DNA from: Haliotis cracherodii
Lineage: Eukaryota
DNA length: 64,000 bases
Assembly: GCF_022045235.1 (NCBI RefSeq)
Contig: NW_027266286.1
Location: forward strand, 27,280,001 to 27,344,000
Reading direction: 5' to 3'
Shown: in pieces, positions 63,180 to 64,000 of the stretch
Layout: every line of letters begins with the position of its first letter
Position numbering within the stretch: position 1 is the first letter of the stretch
Program-made: the position numbers and the translations under genes
Notes under the pieces: generated by a model
Told to the model about the DNA's origin: nothing
Seen by the model: only the letters and a program-made list of their open reading frames with translations
Database searches by the model: none

Positions 63180-63579
63180 GGTATATATCCAACCAATCGG
63201 TGTCCCAGCAGCGGGTATATATCCAACCAATCGGTGTCCCAATAGTGGGTATATATCAAACCAATCGGTGTCCCAATTGTGGGTGGGGGCAGTCGTCTGA
63301 GGTGCCGCGATTCGCTGTCCAGAGTTGCGGCCCTTGGGCACGCCAGATACCTATCATTGTGGGGTCGAATCCCGGTTCGCCCCGATTATGTTTCTAGGTT
63401 TGTCAGCACCATACCCGTGCTCGTGGGTTTTACCAAAGTGGTAAACGTCATGCAGAGACTTGGAAAACTTCGGGCTATCCTCCCACATTGAGCTGACACG
63501 CCGTGATATAACTGGAATAATGTTAAAAGCGGCGTTAAACCCACTCATTAGTGGGTATATATGCAACTAACCAGTGTCT

Positions 63580-63648
<69 letters not shown>

Positions 63649-64000
63649 TTCCAATAGTGGGTTTATACACAACCAATCGGTGTTCCAATAGCGGGTATAT
63701 ATCCAACCAATCAGTGTCCCAGTAGTGGTATTTATACAACCAATCTATGTCCCAGTAGTGTGCATACAAACCAATCGGTGTCCCAATAGGGGGTATATAT
63801 CCAACCAATCGGTGTCCCAATATTGTGTGTATATAAACCAATCGATGTCCCAATATAGTGTGTATATAAACCAATCGGTGTCCCAATATAGTGTATATAC
63901 AAACCAATCGGTGTCCCAATATAGTGTGTATATAAACCAATCGATGTCCCAATATAGTGTGTATATAAACCAATCGGTGTCCCAATATTGTGTATATATA
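63180..64000. repeat. 32/33-bp minisatellite (aaaccaatcggtgtcccaatatagtgtgtatat) interrupted by a SINE and (TA)n; runs off the window end
   Basis: ccaatc recurs at 63871, 63904, 63937 and 63970; (TA)n at ~63583-63642. Confidence 0.9.
63284..63547 (+). mobile_element. SINE family A near-full-length copy
   Basis: B-box-like gggtcgaatccc; tail actggaataatgttaaaagcggcgttaaacccactca. Confidence 0.78.

Noticed and set aside
4336-63985. Tandem arrays as CRISPR arrays
   Set aside because: Head-to-tail units with no unique spacers, no cas genes, eukaryotic context

Overview
AT-rich, intron-rich animal genomic DNA. The repeat content suggests a mollusc or other lophotrochozoan, but this is inference only. 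Three spliced genes were rebuilt by hand, with every junction GT-AG and phase-consistent. (1) The 3' part of an F-spondin/spondin-1 gene on + (10 exons, 3437-23594; spondin_N domain, 4 TSP1 repeats, a Kunitz domain and an unusual Met/Lys/Gln-rich insert). (2) An MFI/C11orf65-like gene on - (13 exons, 47070-29100, about 554 aa, with a long N-terminal extension carrying a second IQ motif). (3) A TMEM35A/NACHO gene on - (3 exons, 62599-58904, 162 aa). Introns and flanks hold about ten minisatellites, four SINE-like families with related 3' tails, and several MITEs with visible target-site duplications (TSDs). The long repetitive ORFs in the track are minisatellite artefacts. The most notable observations are an 18-bp array made of about 48 copies of the MFI 5' splice site, repeats that rebuild or abut several other splice sites, a ~530-bp element with DIRS-like inverted repeats around a tRNA-like sequence, and the Met-rich basic insert in the spondin.
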